NCBI GenBank assembly: GCA_902801845.1
Contig: CADCJW010000004.1
Location: forward strand, 7,936 to 71,935
DNA length: 64,000 nucleotides
From: an uncultured Eubacteriales bacterium
GTDB taxonomy: Bacteria > Bacillota > Clostridia > Christensenellales > CAG-138
Reading direction: 5' to 3'
This document shows, one piece after another, positions 15,608-25,390 of the stretch. Each line of letters starts with the position of its first letter. Position 1 is the stretch's first letter. The notes beneath the pieces are model-generated. The model had not been told where the DNA came from, ran no database searches, and saw only the letters and a program-made list of their open reading frames with translations. The translations under genes were made by a program, and so were the position numbers.

Positions 15608-17071
15608 ATGGAAGATTGGTTGGATCACCGTACATACTTCAACGAGCGGCCCATGCTCTGGGGCATCCCCGGGGTTTTGGCGGGGGCCCTGTTGGCGACC
15701 TGTCTGGGGGCGGGCATCCTGTGGCCTTTGGGCGGGATCGCTCTGGGCCTTGGGGTGTTCCTGCTGCGGAAAGGAAAGGCGGCCTATGCGTTGCCCCTGC
15801 TGCTCGGGTTGGTGCTCCTGCGGGGCGCCATCCTGCCCGCCGTGGAGGTGATCCCCGGGGAGTATGCCCTTACCGGCACCGTCATTGACGAACCGGAGCG
15901 GGGGAAGGGGGAGACGAAGCTGATTATGGGCCGGGTGTCCCTGGATGGGAAGCGGATCCCGGAGGCCCTGGCCCTTACGGTGCCCTTCGACGCCTCCGTC
16001 GCCTACGGGGATTCCCTCTCCCTGCAGGCGCAGGTATCCCCCGGCGGCCGGGGAGCGGCCCGGGCCCTGACCACGGTCCAATACGAGGGCCGAGCGACAG
16101 GGGAGATCACGGTCAAGGCGGGCCGGGCATCCCTCCTTTACGGCCTGGCCCTGTCCTGGCGGGAAAGGCTGGGCCAGGCGGCGGACGCCCTCTTTGCGGA
16201 TCGGGCGGGGGTGGCCAAGGCCATGCTCTTCGGGGACCGGGATGACGTCCACTATCTCACCTTCCTGGCCTATCGCCGCAGCGGGCTGCTGCACCTTTTG
16301 ACCGTGTCCGGCCTCCACGTGGGGGTGGTCTGCGGGGCGGCCCTGCGCTTCCTCCGCGGGCGGCGGCGGTGGCTCCGGTTCCTCCTGTCCGCCCTGGTGC
16401 TGCTGTTCTTCTGTCTGCTGACGGGCCTTTCACCCTCCTCGGTGCGGGCGGCTATCATGCTGCTGGTGGTCCGCTTCTCCCATCTGCTGGACCGGCAGGA
16501 GGACCCCCTGAGCGAGATCGGCTGCGCTTTGACGCTGCTGCTTTTGATCGACCCCTGGTTCCTCTTTAGCTCCGGTTTTTGCCTGTCCTTCGGGGCCATC
16601 TGGGGCCTTTTCTGCCTGACGGGGCCCTTAACGGACCTGCTCCATGGACGTCGGGAGGGGCTGGGCGGTCTGGTGGCGGGAGCTCTGGGCGTGTTTTTGG
16701 GCATGCTGCCCCTGCTGTCCGTGACGGGCAACCAGGTCTCCTGGATCGGCGTGCTGCTGTCCCCGCTGGCCCTGCCCGCCGCGCCGCTGTTCTTGATCCC
16801 CGGATGGATCGCCGTGCTGCTCCATCCCGTGTTGCCCCTCCTGGCGAAGGGCCTGGCCCTGTTGCCCCAGGGGGTGCTCTATTATTTCGACGCCCTGGCG
16901 GGGCTGGTGCCCCTGGAGGGCCTCACCCTGCCGCCCTGCAACGGGATCGCCCTCCTTTTGTGGTTCGCCGGGATGCTGTTCGTCTCGGAGTACTTCTTGC
17001 CCAACCGGCAGCGGCCCGCCTATCTGGGGTGGGGCCTTATGGCGGCCGGCGCCCTCGTTTGGTTATTATAG
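15608..17071 (+). CDS. comEC: ComEC/Rec2-family membrane protein (short form lacking the metallo-beta-lactamase domain)
   Basis: The real start is ATG 15608 inside the long GC-shadow ORF 14849..17071. It is a polytopic membrane protein with a DUF4131-like N-terminal part and a competence domain (RRSGLLHLLTVSGLHVG). Confidence 0.7.
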   Translation: MEDWLDHRTYFNERPMLWGIPGVLAGALLATCLGAGILWPLGGIALGLGVFLLRKGKAAYALPLLLGLVLLRGAILPAVEVIPGEYALTGTVIDEPERGKGETKLIMGRVSLDGKRIPEALALTVPFDASVAYGDSLSLQAQVSPGGRGAARALTTVQYEGRATGEITVKAGRASLLYGLALSWRERLGQAADALFADRAGVAKAMLFGDRDDVHYLTFLAYRRSGLLHLLTVSGLHVGVVCGAALRFLRGRRRWLRFLLSALVLLFFCLLTGLSPSSVRAAIMLLVVRFSHLLDRQEDPLSEIGCALTLLLLIDPWFLFSSGFCLSFGAIWGLFCLTGPLTDLLHGRREGLGGLVAGALGVFLGMLPLLSVTGNQVSWIGVLLSPLALPAAPLFLIPGWIAVLLHPVLPLLAKGLALLPQGVLYYFDALAGLVPLEGLTLPPCNGIALLLWFAGMLFVSEYFLPNRQRPAYLGWGLMAAGALVWLL

Positions 17072-17087
17072 TATAAGGAGGCAGCCC

Positions 17088-18044
17088 ATGTTCTATACCC
17101 GATATGACAGCCCTCTGGGGCCCCTGGCCCTCGCCTCCGACGGGACGGCCCTCACGGGCCTTTCCTTCGGCCCTTCCCGGGCGGCGCCGGCGGAGCTGCC
17201 GATCTTTCGGGAGACCTTTTCCTGGCTGGACGTCTATTTCTCCGGTCGGGACCCGGGCCCCACGCCGCCCCTCGCTCCGGCGGGCACCGCCTTTCAAAAG
17301 CGGGTGTGGGCGGAGCTGGAAAAGATACCCTTCGGAAGCACCGCCAGCTATGGGGCCGTGGCCCGGGCCGCGGGCTGCGGCTCCCCCCGGGCCGTGGGCC
17401 AGGCGATCCATGTGAATCCCGTGGCCATCCTGATCCCCTGCCACCGAGTGATCGGCGCGGACGGGAGCCTGACGGGGTTCGCGGGAGGCCTGGACGTGAA
17501 GCGGCGGCTCCTCACCCTGGAGGAGAGTCGCATGCGCCTGCTGTTCACTCTGGATCGGGGCGACTATCAGGAGGGGAAAAAGGCTTTTTCCCGACCCTCG
17601 GCCCGGGCCATCGTCATCGAAAACGGACGAGTGGCCATGGTATACAGCCGAAAGTACGGCCACTACAAGTTCCCCGGCGGCGGCATCGAAGCGGGGGAGA
17701 GCCGGGAGGCGGCCCTCGTTAGGGAGGCCCGGGAGGAGGCGGGGCTGGTCCTGGATCCCCAAAGCATCCGCCCCTACGGCTTCGTCCATCGAATTGAGCG
17801 CGGAGATAGGGAGCCGTTGTTTATTCAGGACAACTTCTACTATCTGGCGTCGGCCTCCGCCCTGGTCCCTCAGGAGCTGGACGGCTATGAGGCGGCGGAG
17901 GGCTACACCCTTCGCTGGGTGGACCCTCGGGAGGCCATCCAACAAAACAAGGCCCTCACCAGCGTCTATGAGCGCAAGCACCACACCATGCTCTTCAGGG
18001 AGGCCATGGTCCTGGAGCGGCTGTTGGCGGAAGGACGGATATAA
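17088..18044 (+). CDS. ogt: Fusion protein: methylated-DNA-protein-cysteine methyltransferase (Ogt/MGMT) + C-terminal Nudix hydrolase
   Basis: PCHRV active site at IPCHRVIGADGSLTGFAGG. Nudix box at GGGIEAGESREAALVREAREEAGL. AAGGAGG lies upstream of ATG 17088. Confidence 0.8.
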   Translation: MFYTRYDSPLGPLALASDGTALTGLSFGPSRAAPAELPIFRETFSWLDVYFSGRDPGPTPPLAPAGTAFQKRVWAELEKIPFGSTASYGAVARAAGCGSPRAVGQAIHVNPVAILIPCHRVIGADGSLTGFAGGLDVKRRLLTLEESRMRLLFTLDRGDYQEGKKAFSRPSARAIVIENGRVAMVYSRKYGHYKFPGGGIEAGESREAALVREAREEAGLVLDPQSIRPYGFVHRIERGDREPLFIQDNFYYLASASALVPQELDGYEAAEGYTLRWVDPREAIQQNKALTSVYERKHHTMLFREAMVLERLLAEGRI

Positions 18045-18056
18045 CCTGCCCCAATG

Positions 18057-18087
18057 AAAAAGAAGCCCCCGCGGGAGGCTTCTTTTG
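18057..18087. terminator. Bidirectional terminator hairpin between convergent genes
   Basis: AGAAGCC...GGCTTCT stem, flanked by AAAA upstream and TTTT downstream. Confidence 0.6.
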
Positions 18088-18099
18088 CGTTGCTTGAGA

Positions 18100-19572
18100 T
18101 CATTCGGCGGTCCGCTCGAAGAGCATGTCCACGCCAGACATGGTCAGGGTCAGGAACGTGCCGTCATAGGTCAGAGCAAAGACCTCGTAATCGCCGATGG
18201 TCAGGGACACGGTGTTCTCTTCGGTAAGGGCCCAGTTTATCTCTTGGGCAGAGCCGTTGGTGTCCAGGGTGGCGGTGCCGTCCGCATTCAGAATGAGGAT
18301 CATGGTGGTGCCGATCTGCTCGGCGGGGACCTCGAATCCCATGGCGATGGCCTTGGTGAATTCCCACTTGCCCACCAGATCCGAAACCTCCGCGGCGACC
18401 GGCTGGGCGGCCGGTTCTTCAGGCGCGGGGGCAGGTTTATCGGCCGTAGCTCGCTCCAGGGTCATTTTGCCCGAATCATCCTGGGCCAAAATGATGGTGT
18501 CCGTGGCGGGATCGTAGGTCGCCTCGTTGGTGGAATCGCCCTCCTGGAAGGTCAGGGTGTTTTCCCCGGTGATCTCATAGGTCATGGTGGCCTCGTCCGT
18601 CTCATCGCCCATCTTCGACATGGCTTTGACCGTTCCATCGGACATGAATTCCATGGTCACTTCCATGCCCAGGGAGCTCACGGAAAGGGTGACGCCGTTA
18701 TACTCGATCTTGGTCACGGTCCAAAGACCGGCGATGTTCTCCGGGGTCAACTCCTTGACCTGATCGGCGGGGATCTCATCGATCTGCTCCGCCTGGGCCT
18801 TCTTCAGATTCAGGAGGGCCTCCACCTCGTCCTTGGGGGCGAAGGTAAAGGTATCGTCGTCGATGGTGAGCAGGAGGTGGTTCCCCTCCCGAATGAAGGA
18901 GGCGGGGTCGTCGGGATTATCGATGGAGATGAGGACGGAGTCCGTCCAGGTGATATCCCCGCCGTTTTCCTGGCTGCCGAACTCGAGACGACCGGTGCCG
19001 TCGGGCCGCAAGATCAAGAAGTAATTATGGATGTCCTCCCCCATGGCGGGCAGAAAATCCAGCATGTCGTAGGTCTCGCCCTCGTTGGTCAACTGGTAGA
19101 CGTAGTAGGTCTGCTCCTCCTGGGATCGGTCGATCAGGGCGGAGGCGTCGGGCATCTGCTCGTCGTGGGCCCGCTGGACAAAGGTCACGACACCGCTCAC
19201 TTCCTCTGTGACGGTGATGGTCTCCGTCGCAGGGTCGTAGACGCCCGGCAGGGGATGGTTTTCCTCATAGATGTACAGGGTGTTTTCCCCGGTCACGGCA
19301 TAGGCCAGATACTCCTCCTCGGCACCGTTTTCGTTCACCAAAAGGCCGTAGATGAGGCCGCTGGGCTGAAAGTCCAGATAGACCTTCATGCCCTTGTCAG
19401 CATACAGGGTGGTGTTCTCGCCCTCCTTCTGGGCGATGATCATCCACAGGCCCACATAGGGGTTGTCAGATTCCGATTCGTCCTCCGCATAGGTGAAGGT
19501 GTTGGCGCCGGCGGCGCCCAACAGCAGCACCGTCATCAGCAGGGCAAGGGTCAAAGACAGGATGCGCTTCAT
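18100..19572 (-). CDS. Secreted protein with 4-5 lipocalin-like internal repeats
   Basis: Signal peptide MKRILSLTLALLMTVLLLGAAGA after AGGAGGA. Recurring blocks are TGENTL...YDPAT[ED]TI and G.W...... Confidence 0.65.
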   Translation of the reverse strand: MKRILSLTLALLMTVLLLGAAGANTFTYAEDESESDNPYVGLWMIIAQKEGENTTLYADKGMKVYLDFQPSGLIYGLLVNENGAEEEYLAYAVTGENTLYIYEENHPLPGVYDPATETITVTEEVSGVVTFVQRAHDEQMPDASALIDRSQEEQTYYVYQLTNEGETYDMLDFLPAMGEDIHNYFLILRPDGTGRLEFGSQENGGDITWTDSVLISIDNPDDPASFIREGNHLLLTIDDDTFTFAPKDEVEALLNLKKAQAEQIDEIPADQVKELTPENIAGLWTVTKIEYNGVTLSVSSLGMEVTMEFMSDGTVKAMSKMGDETDEATMTYEITGENTLTFQEGDSTNEATYDPATDTIILAQDDSGKMTLERATADKPAPAPEEPAAQPVAAEVSDLVGKWEFTKAIAMGFEVPAEQIGTTMILILNADGTATLDTNGSAQEINWALTEENTVSLTIGDYEVFALTYDGTFLTLTMSGVDMLFERTAE

Positions 19573-19709
19573 GGGTGTCCTCCTATTCTGCCGGATCCCG
19601 CAGGGGCTCAGCATCATTGCAATGTAACTATACTATAGGGCAAGAATCCCTGTCAATCTGGAAAAAATACAAAAACACCGGGCGAAAAGCCCGGTGTTTT
19701 ACGCTTTGC

Positions 19710-20954
19710 TTACTTGCGCAGGAAGGCGGGGATGTCCAGCTTGTTGGCGGGACGGTTGGTGTACTCCCGGCGGATGTCCTGCTCGGTGAAGGTGCTTTCC
19801 TTCTTTTGCTCGGGTTCGGGGGCGGGGATGTCGTCATCCTTCAGCTGGGCATAGGGCCGGGCGCTGAAGGCGTTCTCCGCGGAGGCAGGGACCACCTGGG
19901 GCGCGGCATAGGCCTGGGGCGCGGCGTAGGTCCGGGGCCCGGTGGGGGCGGCGGGACGGCTGCCGAAGACCAGGGGCTGCTGGGCGCTCTGCTTGCCCAC
20001 CTCGGCCTTGTCGAAGCCCGTGGCGATGACGGTGATCCTGAGGGCGTCGCCCATGGATTCGTCGATGTCCGCGCCGAAGATGATGTTGGCGTCGGGATCG
20101 GCGGACTGCTGGATGAGCTCGGCCGCCTCGTTGACCTCCAGGAGGCTCAGATCGGGACCACCGGTGATGTTCATGAGGATGCCCTTGGCGCCGTCGATGC
20201 TGGTCTCCAGCAAGGGGCTCTCCACGGCCTGCTTGGCCGCTTCGCTGGCCCGCTTCTCGCCACAGGCGGTGCCGATGCCCATGTGAGCCATGCCCTTCTC
20301 CTTCATGATGGTCTTCACGTCGGCGAAGTCCAGGTTGATCATGGCGGGCACGGCGATCAGATCGGAGATGCCCTGGATGCCCTGGCGCAGCACGTCGTCG
20401 GCGACCCGCAGCGCATCGGGCAGGGAGGCTTTGCCCACCAGGGCGATGAGCTTATCGTTGGGGATGGTGATGAGGGTGTCCACGGCGGGCTTGAGGTTCT
20501 CGATGCCCGCTTCGGCGTTGCGCATGCGGACCCGGCCCTCAAAGGTGAAGGGCTTGGTGACCACGCCCACGGTGAGAATGCCCATCTCCTTGGCGCACTG
20601 GGCCACGATGGGCGCCGCGCCCGTGCCGGTGCCGCCGCCCATACCGGCGGTGATGAACACCATGTCCGCGCCGCGCAGGGCTTCCTGAATGAGATCCCGG
20701 CTCTCGTCGGCAGCCTTGCGGCCGATCTCCGGATCGGCGCCCGCGCCGAGGCCCTTGGTCAGCTTTTCGCCGATCTGGATCTTGTTGTCGCCCTTGTTCA
20801 TGGACAAAGCCTGCTTATCCGTGTTCACGGCGATGAACTCCACGCCCTGGAGCCCATACTGGACCATGCGGTTCACCGCGTTGCAGCCGGCGCCGCCCAC
20901 ACCGATGACCTTGATCTGGGCAAAGGATGCGCCCTCGAAATCCTGTTCAAACAT
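19710..20954 (-). CDS. ftsZ: Cell division protein FtsZ
   Basis: [17 protein letters not shown] and the tubulin signature [12 protein letters not shown]. Confidence 0.97.
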   Translation of the reverse strand: MFEQDFEGASFAQIKVIGVGGAGCNAVNRMVQYGLQGVEFIAVNTDKQALSMNKGDNKIQIGEKLTKGLGAGADPEIGRKAADESRDLIQEALRGADMVFITAGMGGGTGTGAAPIVAQCAKEMGILTVGVVTKPFTFEGRVRMRNAEAGIENLKPAVDTLITIPNDKLIALVGKASLPDALRVADDVLRQGIQGISDLIAVPAMINLDFADVKTIMKEKGMAHMGIGTACGEKRASEAAKQAVESPLLETSIDGAKGILMNITGGPDLSLLEVNEAAELIQQSADPDANIIFGADIDESMGDALRITVIATGFDKAEVGKQSAQQPLVFGSRPAAPTGPRTYAAPQAYAAPQVVPASAENAFSARPYAQLKDDDIPAPEPEQKKESTFTEQDIRREYTNRPANKLDIPAFLRK

Positions 20955-20970
20955 CTTGAGTCCCCCTTAG

Positions 20971-22167
20971 TTATTTCATGAAGAAGTCTTTTATCTTTTG
21001 AAGCAGACGGGACAAGCGGTCGTCCTGCTGCTTGGCCATGGATTCCTCCGGCGCGCTATTGGCCTTCAACACGAAGTCCAATGCGCCAAAGGCGCTGCAG
21101 TAGTTGGGCGAGGATAGCCGCGGCGTCCAGGGCATGTCCCGCTTCAAAGGCAGGTTCAGCGCCTCCCGCAAAAAATCCAATCCTCCCCGCATCATGAGGA
21201 GTCCCCCGCCGGACACGTACACGGCGGGCCGGGCGTCCAGATTGACGCCCAATGTTTCCATCTCCCGGCGGATCATCCCCGCCAATTCACCGGCCCTCGC
21301 CTCGATGATGTAGGAGATGGCCTGGTGAGAAACCTTTTTGGAGCCGGCGGCCGTGCGCAGCACCTCCGTCTTGTCCCGGTAATCCAGGGAGAAGACGAAG
21401 CGGCGCTTGGCCTGCTCGGCGGCGTCCATGGGCACGTCCAGCCCAAAGGACAGATCGGAGGCGAACTGGTATCCGCCCACGGGCAGAGTGACGAGACCGG
21501 TGAGGGCCGCGTTCTCCACCACGGCGATGTCCGTCTGCATGTAGCCGATGTCGATGAGCACCGCCGGCCGGACCCGCTCGCTTTCGGGGATGAGCATGAC
21601 CGCTTCCCCCAGCTGGGCGCTCACGCACATGCTGATCTCCACGCCCAGATCGTCCAGGGCGTCCTGGATGGAGCGGATGTACTCGTCCCGGACGAACATG
21701 TGGCTCACCAGGGCGGAGATCTCCTCCGCCGTGACCCCGTCGGGCATCTCCGTGGAGGATATGCCGTCCACCATGAAGAAGACGGGGGTGGAATGCATCA
21801 GCGTCCAGCCATCCTCCTTCTTCGCCTTTTGCAGCGACAGGTGGATGAGCTTGTCCACGTCCCCGCTTTCCACCAGCCGGGAGGACCCCAGGGCGATGGT
21901 GGCGTCGCACAGCTCCATTCGGGCGAAGGAGGCGGGCACCGTCAGCGCCACGTCCCGGATGCGCAGCCGGCTCTCCTGCTCGGTCTTCTGCACGCATTCC
22001 ACCACGGCGTTGTGCAGACTCTGCTTGTCGAGGAACGCCCCGTCCCGAAAGCCGGCGTATGCGCAGATGCCGGCCCCGTGGACGACGATCCCGTCCTTAT
22101 CGACCATGCTGCCGCACAGGCATACCACTTTGGAACTGCCCACATCCAGTATCGTTGCGGGTTTCAT
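20971..22167 (-). CDS. ftsA: Cell division protein FtsA (actin-like ATPase)
   Basis: ILDVGSSKVVCL N-terminal phosphate motif and ...VYVSGGGLLMMRGGLDFL. It lies immediately upstream of ftsZ. Confidence 0.85.
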   Translation of the reverse strand: MKPATILDVGSSKVVCLCGSMVDKDGIVVHGAGICAYAGFRDGAFLDKQSLHNAVVECVQKTEQESRLRIRDVALTVPASFARMELCDATIALGSSRLVESGDVDKLIHLSLQKAKKEDGWTLMHSTPVFFMVDGISSTEMPDGVTAEEISALVSHMFVRDEYIRSIQDALDDLGVEISMCVSAQLGEAVMLIPESERVRPAVLIDIGYMQTDIAVVENAALTGLVTLPVGGYQFASDLSFGLDVPMDAAEQAKRRFVFSLDYRDKTEVLRTAAGSKKVSHQAISYIIEARAGELAGMIRREMETLGVNLDARPAVYVSGGGLLMMRGGLDFLREALNLPLKRDMPWTPRLSSPNYCSAFGALDFVLKANSAPEESMAKQQDDRLSRLLQKIKDFFMK

Positions 22168-22462
22168 GCTTCCTCCACGCTAAACTTGCCGGGATTCCGC
22201 GCACACGAAACAACACGGGATACCCCATCTATATCTATACAGCTGAGATTATAGCACAACTCTATCCCGATGTGCAACAAAAAACAGGGGACAAAATGGT
22301 TTTTCGGCGAATAAATTGCCGTCGACTTGTGAAATTATTGAAACATGGCCTGCCGGCCGCGGTGTCCTTCCAAACCGATCCGGCCGGCGGAGGAAGGCTT
22401 TTGCAGCGGCTGCGGGAGCAAAACATGTCGAAAAACGGTCTTTTTTTGCGTCTGCCAACGCA

Positions 22463-22519
22463 TCTTAATCCGTTCTTAAACTTTCCCCCGTTGTTTCTTA
22501 AAGGCTTTTCCGGTATGAT
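22463..22519 (+). promoter_or_regulatory. Three phased TCTTAA repeats (22463, 22474, 22496; 11- and 22-bp spacing) plus candidate promoter TTGTTT-17 nt-TATGAT (22491-22519)
   Basis: Read directly. The arrangement resembles OmpR/PhoB-type direct-repeat binding sites upstream of the response regulator gene. Confidence 0.35.
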
Positions 22520-22549
22520 GACCGTGGAAAGAGGGAAGGAGAGACGGCT

Positions 22550-23248
22550 ATGTATCGCATTCTGGTCTGTGACGACGAACGGGACATCGTGAGCGCCCTG
22601 AAGATCTATCTGGAGGCGGAGGGCCATGCGGTGGCCACCGCCTACACCGGCGCGGAGGCCCTGGCGGCGTTGGAGCGGGAGGAGATCCATCTTATCCTCC
22701 TGGACATCATGATGCCGGAGATGGACGGTATCACCGCCATGACCCGCATCCGGGAGCGGAGCAACGTGCCCGTGATCCTGCTCACGGCCAAATCCGAGGA
22801 CACGGACAAGGTCCTGGGCCTCAATTTGGGGGCGGACGACTATGTGACCAAGCCCTTCAACCCCGTGGAGCTGCTGGCCCGGGTCCGGTCCCAGCTTCGC
22901 CGGTACATGCAGCTGGGCGGCGGCGAGCCGAAGCCCTCCCTGCTGACCATTGGCGGCGTCAGCCTGGACGACGGGGCCAAGGCCGTCACCCTGGACGGGG
23001 AACCGGTGAGCCTGACGCCCCGGGAGTACGACATCCTGAAGCTCCTCATGAGCCACCCGGGCCAGGTCTTCTCCCCCAGGGAGATCTATCGCCAGGTCTG
23101 GGGGGAAGCGCCCTACGGCGCGGAGAACGCGGTGGCGGTCCATATCCGGCACCTGAGGGAGAAGCTGGAATTTGACCCAGCCGAGCCCCGATACATCAAG
23201 GTCATCTGGGGCCAAGGCTATCGTTTTACTGGAGGAAACACAAAATGA
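22550..23248 (+). CDS. OmpR-family response regulator
   Basis: Receiver domain (LILLDIMMPEMDG) plus winged-helix C-terminus (IKVIWGQGYRF). Confidence 0.9.
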   Translation: MYRILVCDDERDIVSALKIYLEAEGHAVATAYTGAEALAALEREEIHLILLDIMMPEMDGITAMTRIRERSNVPVILLTAKSEDTDKVLGLNLGADDYVTKPFNPVELLARVRSQLRRYMQLGGGEPKPSLLTIGGVSLDDGAKAVTLDGEPVSLTPREYDILKLLMSHPGQVFSPREIYRQVWGEAPYGAENAVAVHIRHLREKLEFDPAEPRYIKVIWGQGYRFTGGNTK

Positions 23249-25221
23249 GGAAATGGAATCTTACATTAGCCGCCCGCATCGTGGCCGGCGTGCTGTTCAT
23301 GATCTTTGCCATGGGGACCCTGCTGGGGGCCGGGGCCTGCGTCGCCCTGTACCAGTACAACGCCTTCAACGACGGCGGGGAGGAGCTCTTCGCGGAAGCG
23401 ACGGACTACCTTATGAGCCGGGAGACTGCGGAGATACGGAACCTGCTCAGCAACAACTGGGATGGGTGGACGGACGGAATGGAGCAAAAGGACGGCAGAC
23501 CCTATAGCCAGATCGGGCCGAACAACGGTCTGCAGCCCGCCCGAACCAATTTCCGGTACAGGATATATGGCGAGGCAGGGGAGCTTCTTTTCACCAACGG
23601 CGACCCCCAACAGGAGCTGGCCCCCCGGCAAACAGAGTGGACCATCCTGCTGCATCTGCAGGTGCGTGAGCACATGGAGGAGACCTATTCCTCTTCCGCG
23701 GAGGCGTATACCGCTTTGAGGGAGAAAATTGAGGCATTGCACGCCTGGTCCCATGATGCGGATGTCAGCCGGATCGCCGATGGGGAGTATCATCTGTCGG
23801 CAACATTCTGGCCCGGGGAGCTGCACACGGTCAAGGCGGAATATTGCATCGACGGCGCCTTCCCCGTGGTGGACCGGTATTCTATCCTCCTGCCCTTGGT
23901 CAACACTCTCATCGTCTGCCGGAACTGGGCCATTCCTCTGACGGCCCTATGCCTGGTGTTCACCATAGCCCTGTTCATCTTCCTGCTGGTCAGCGCGGGG
24001 CACCGGTTCGGCACATCAGAGGTGGCCTGCAATTGGTTCGACAGGGTGCCTTTGGAGCTGGTGCTGCTGGGTATGGCAGCAGTTGTAGGCTTTGGCGGGG
24101 TGGCGCTGACGAGCCGTACACTGACGGTGTTCGGTTTGTTCCTGCCCATGCTCCTGGCTCTCGGCCTGCTGTTCTGCATGACCTTCGCTGTCCGCTGCAA
24201 GACCAAAACCCTGGTGAAGGGGACGCTGTTCTACTGGGTTTGGTACATTCTCAAGAGTCTGCCCCTCATCTGGAAGGCGGTGGTCTTCTGGGGCGGCGTG
24301 TGCCTGGTGGAATTGATCCTGGGCCTGTCCATGGGCAGCTTCGACGTGTGGATACTCGATAAGCTCCTGCTGGGAGCGGCGCTGATGGCGTATTGCATCG
24401 GTTTGAAAAAGCTGCAGGCCGGGGCCGAGCGCCTGGCCGCCGGGGACATGACGCCCGTGGACGAGCGGCATCTGACCCCCGAACAGAGGAAGCACGCCCA
24501 GAGCCTCAACAGCATCGGCCGGGGCGCGGCTTTGGCGGCGGAGCAGCGGCTCAAAAGCGAGCGGATGAAGACGGAGCTCATCACCAACGTGAGCCACGAT
24601 CTCAAGACGCCCCTCACGTCCATCATCTCCTATGTGGACCTGCTGAAGAAGGAGGGGCTGAGTTCCGAGCACGCGCCGGAGTATGTGGACGTGCTGGACC
24701 GGCAGAGCCAGCGGCTGAAGAAGCTGACGGAGGACCTGGTGGAGGCCAGCAAGGCGTCCACGGGGAACATCCAGGCCCAGCCGGAGGACGTGGACGTGAA
24801 TTTGCTCCTTTCCCAGGCGGCGGGGGAGTATGCCGAGCGGCTGGCGGCGGCGGGGCTGACGACCGTCACCACTTGGGATCCCAGCGAGCCCCATATCCGG
24901 GCGGACGGGCGGCTCCTGTGGCGGGTGTTCGACAACCTCCTTTCCAACGTGACCAAGTACGCCCAGCCCGGCACCCGGGTGTACCTTTCCACGGCGGCGA
25001 GGGACGGCGGCGTGGAGATCACCTTCCGGAACGTGAGCCGGGATGAGCTGAACGTCTCCGCTGAGGAGCTTATGGAGCGGTTCGTCCGCGGCGACGCCTC
25101 CCGGAACTCCGAGGGCAGCGGCCTGGGGCTTTCCATCGCCCGGAGCCTCACCGAGCTCAACGGCGGCACCCTGACATTGACGGTGGACGGGGACCTGTTC
25201 AAGGCGGAGCTGATTTTTTGA
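23245..25221 (+). CDS. Sensor histidine kinase with large N-terminal extracytoplasmic/multi-TM region
   Basis: H-box SHDLKTPLTSI. N/G boxes are present (GSGLGLSIARSL). It overlaps the RR stop. Confidence 0.9.
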   Translation: MRKWNLTLAARIVAGVLFMIFAMGTLLGAGACVALYQYNAFNDGGEELFAEATDYLMSRETAEIRNLLSNNWDGWTDGMEQKDGRPYSQIGPNNGLQPARTNFRYRIYGEAGELLFTNGDPQQELAPRQTEWTILLHLQVREHMEETYSSSAEAYTALREKIEALHAWSHDADVSRIADGEYHLSATFWPGELHTVKAEYCIDGAFPVVDRYSILLPLVNTLIVCRNWAIPLTALCLVFTIALFIFLLVSAGHRFGTSEVACNWFDRVPLELVLLGMAAVVGFGGVALTSRTLTVFGLFLPMLLALGLLFCMTFAVRCKTKTLVKGTLFYWVWYILKSLPLIWKAVVFWGGVCLVELILGLSMGSFDVWILDKLLLGAALMAYCIGLKKLQAGAERLAAGDMTPVDERHLTPEQRKHAQSLNSIGRGAALAAEQRLKSERMKTELITNVSHDLKTPLTSIISYVDLLKKEGLSSEHAPEYVDVLDRQSQRLKKLTEDLVEASKASTGNIQAQPEDVDVNLLLSQAAGEYAERLAAAGLTTVTTWDPSEPHIRADGRLLWRVFDNLLSNVTKYAQPGTRVYLSTAARDGGVEITFRNVSRDELNVSAEELMERFVRGDASRNSEGSGLGLSIARSLTELNGGTLTLTVDGDLFKAELIF

Positions 25222-25320
25222 AAGGAATGGATTTACAGCTTGTTCCCTTTTCTTGGAAGAAAAGGGAACACCAAAAGATCTTTAAAAAGAGGGCTGTGCT
25301 GGGTGCAAAGTCCTCTTTTG

Positions 25321-25385
25321 CTTCTTAAGTTTCTCTTTTTCCGCCGCTTTTTCTCCTTTGTACAAAGAGAAAAAGCGGCAAAAAC
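25321..25385. repeat. Palindromic intergenic repeat, copy A (CTTCTTAAGTTTCTCTTTTTCC + 17-bp hairpin GCCGCTTTTTCTCCTTTG/CAAAGAGAAAAAGCGGC)
   Basis: Nearly identical to 45041-45105 and related to 48639-48702. It is preceded by a second hairpin at 25242-25269. Confidence 0.8.
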
Positions 25386-25390
25386 AAAGC

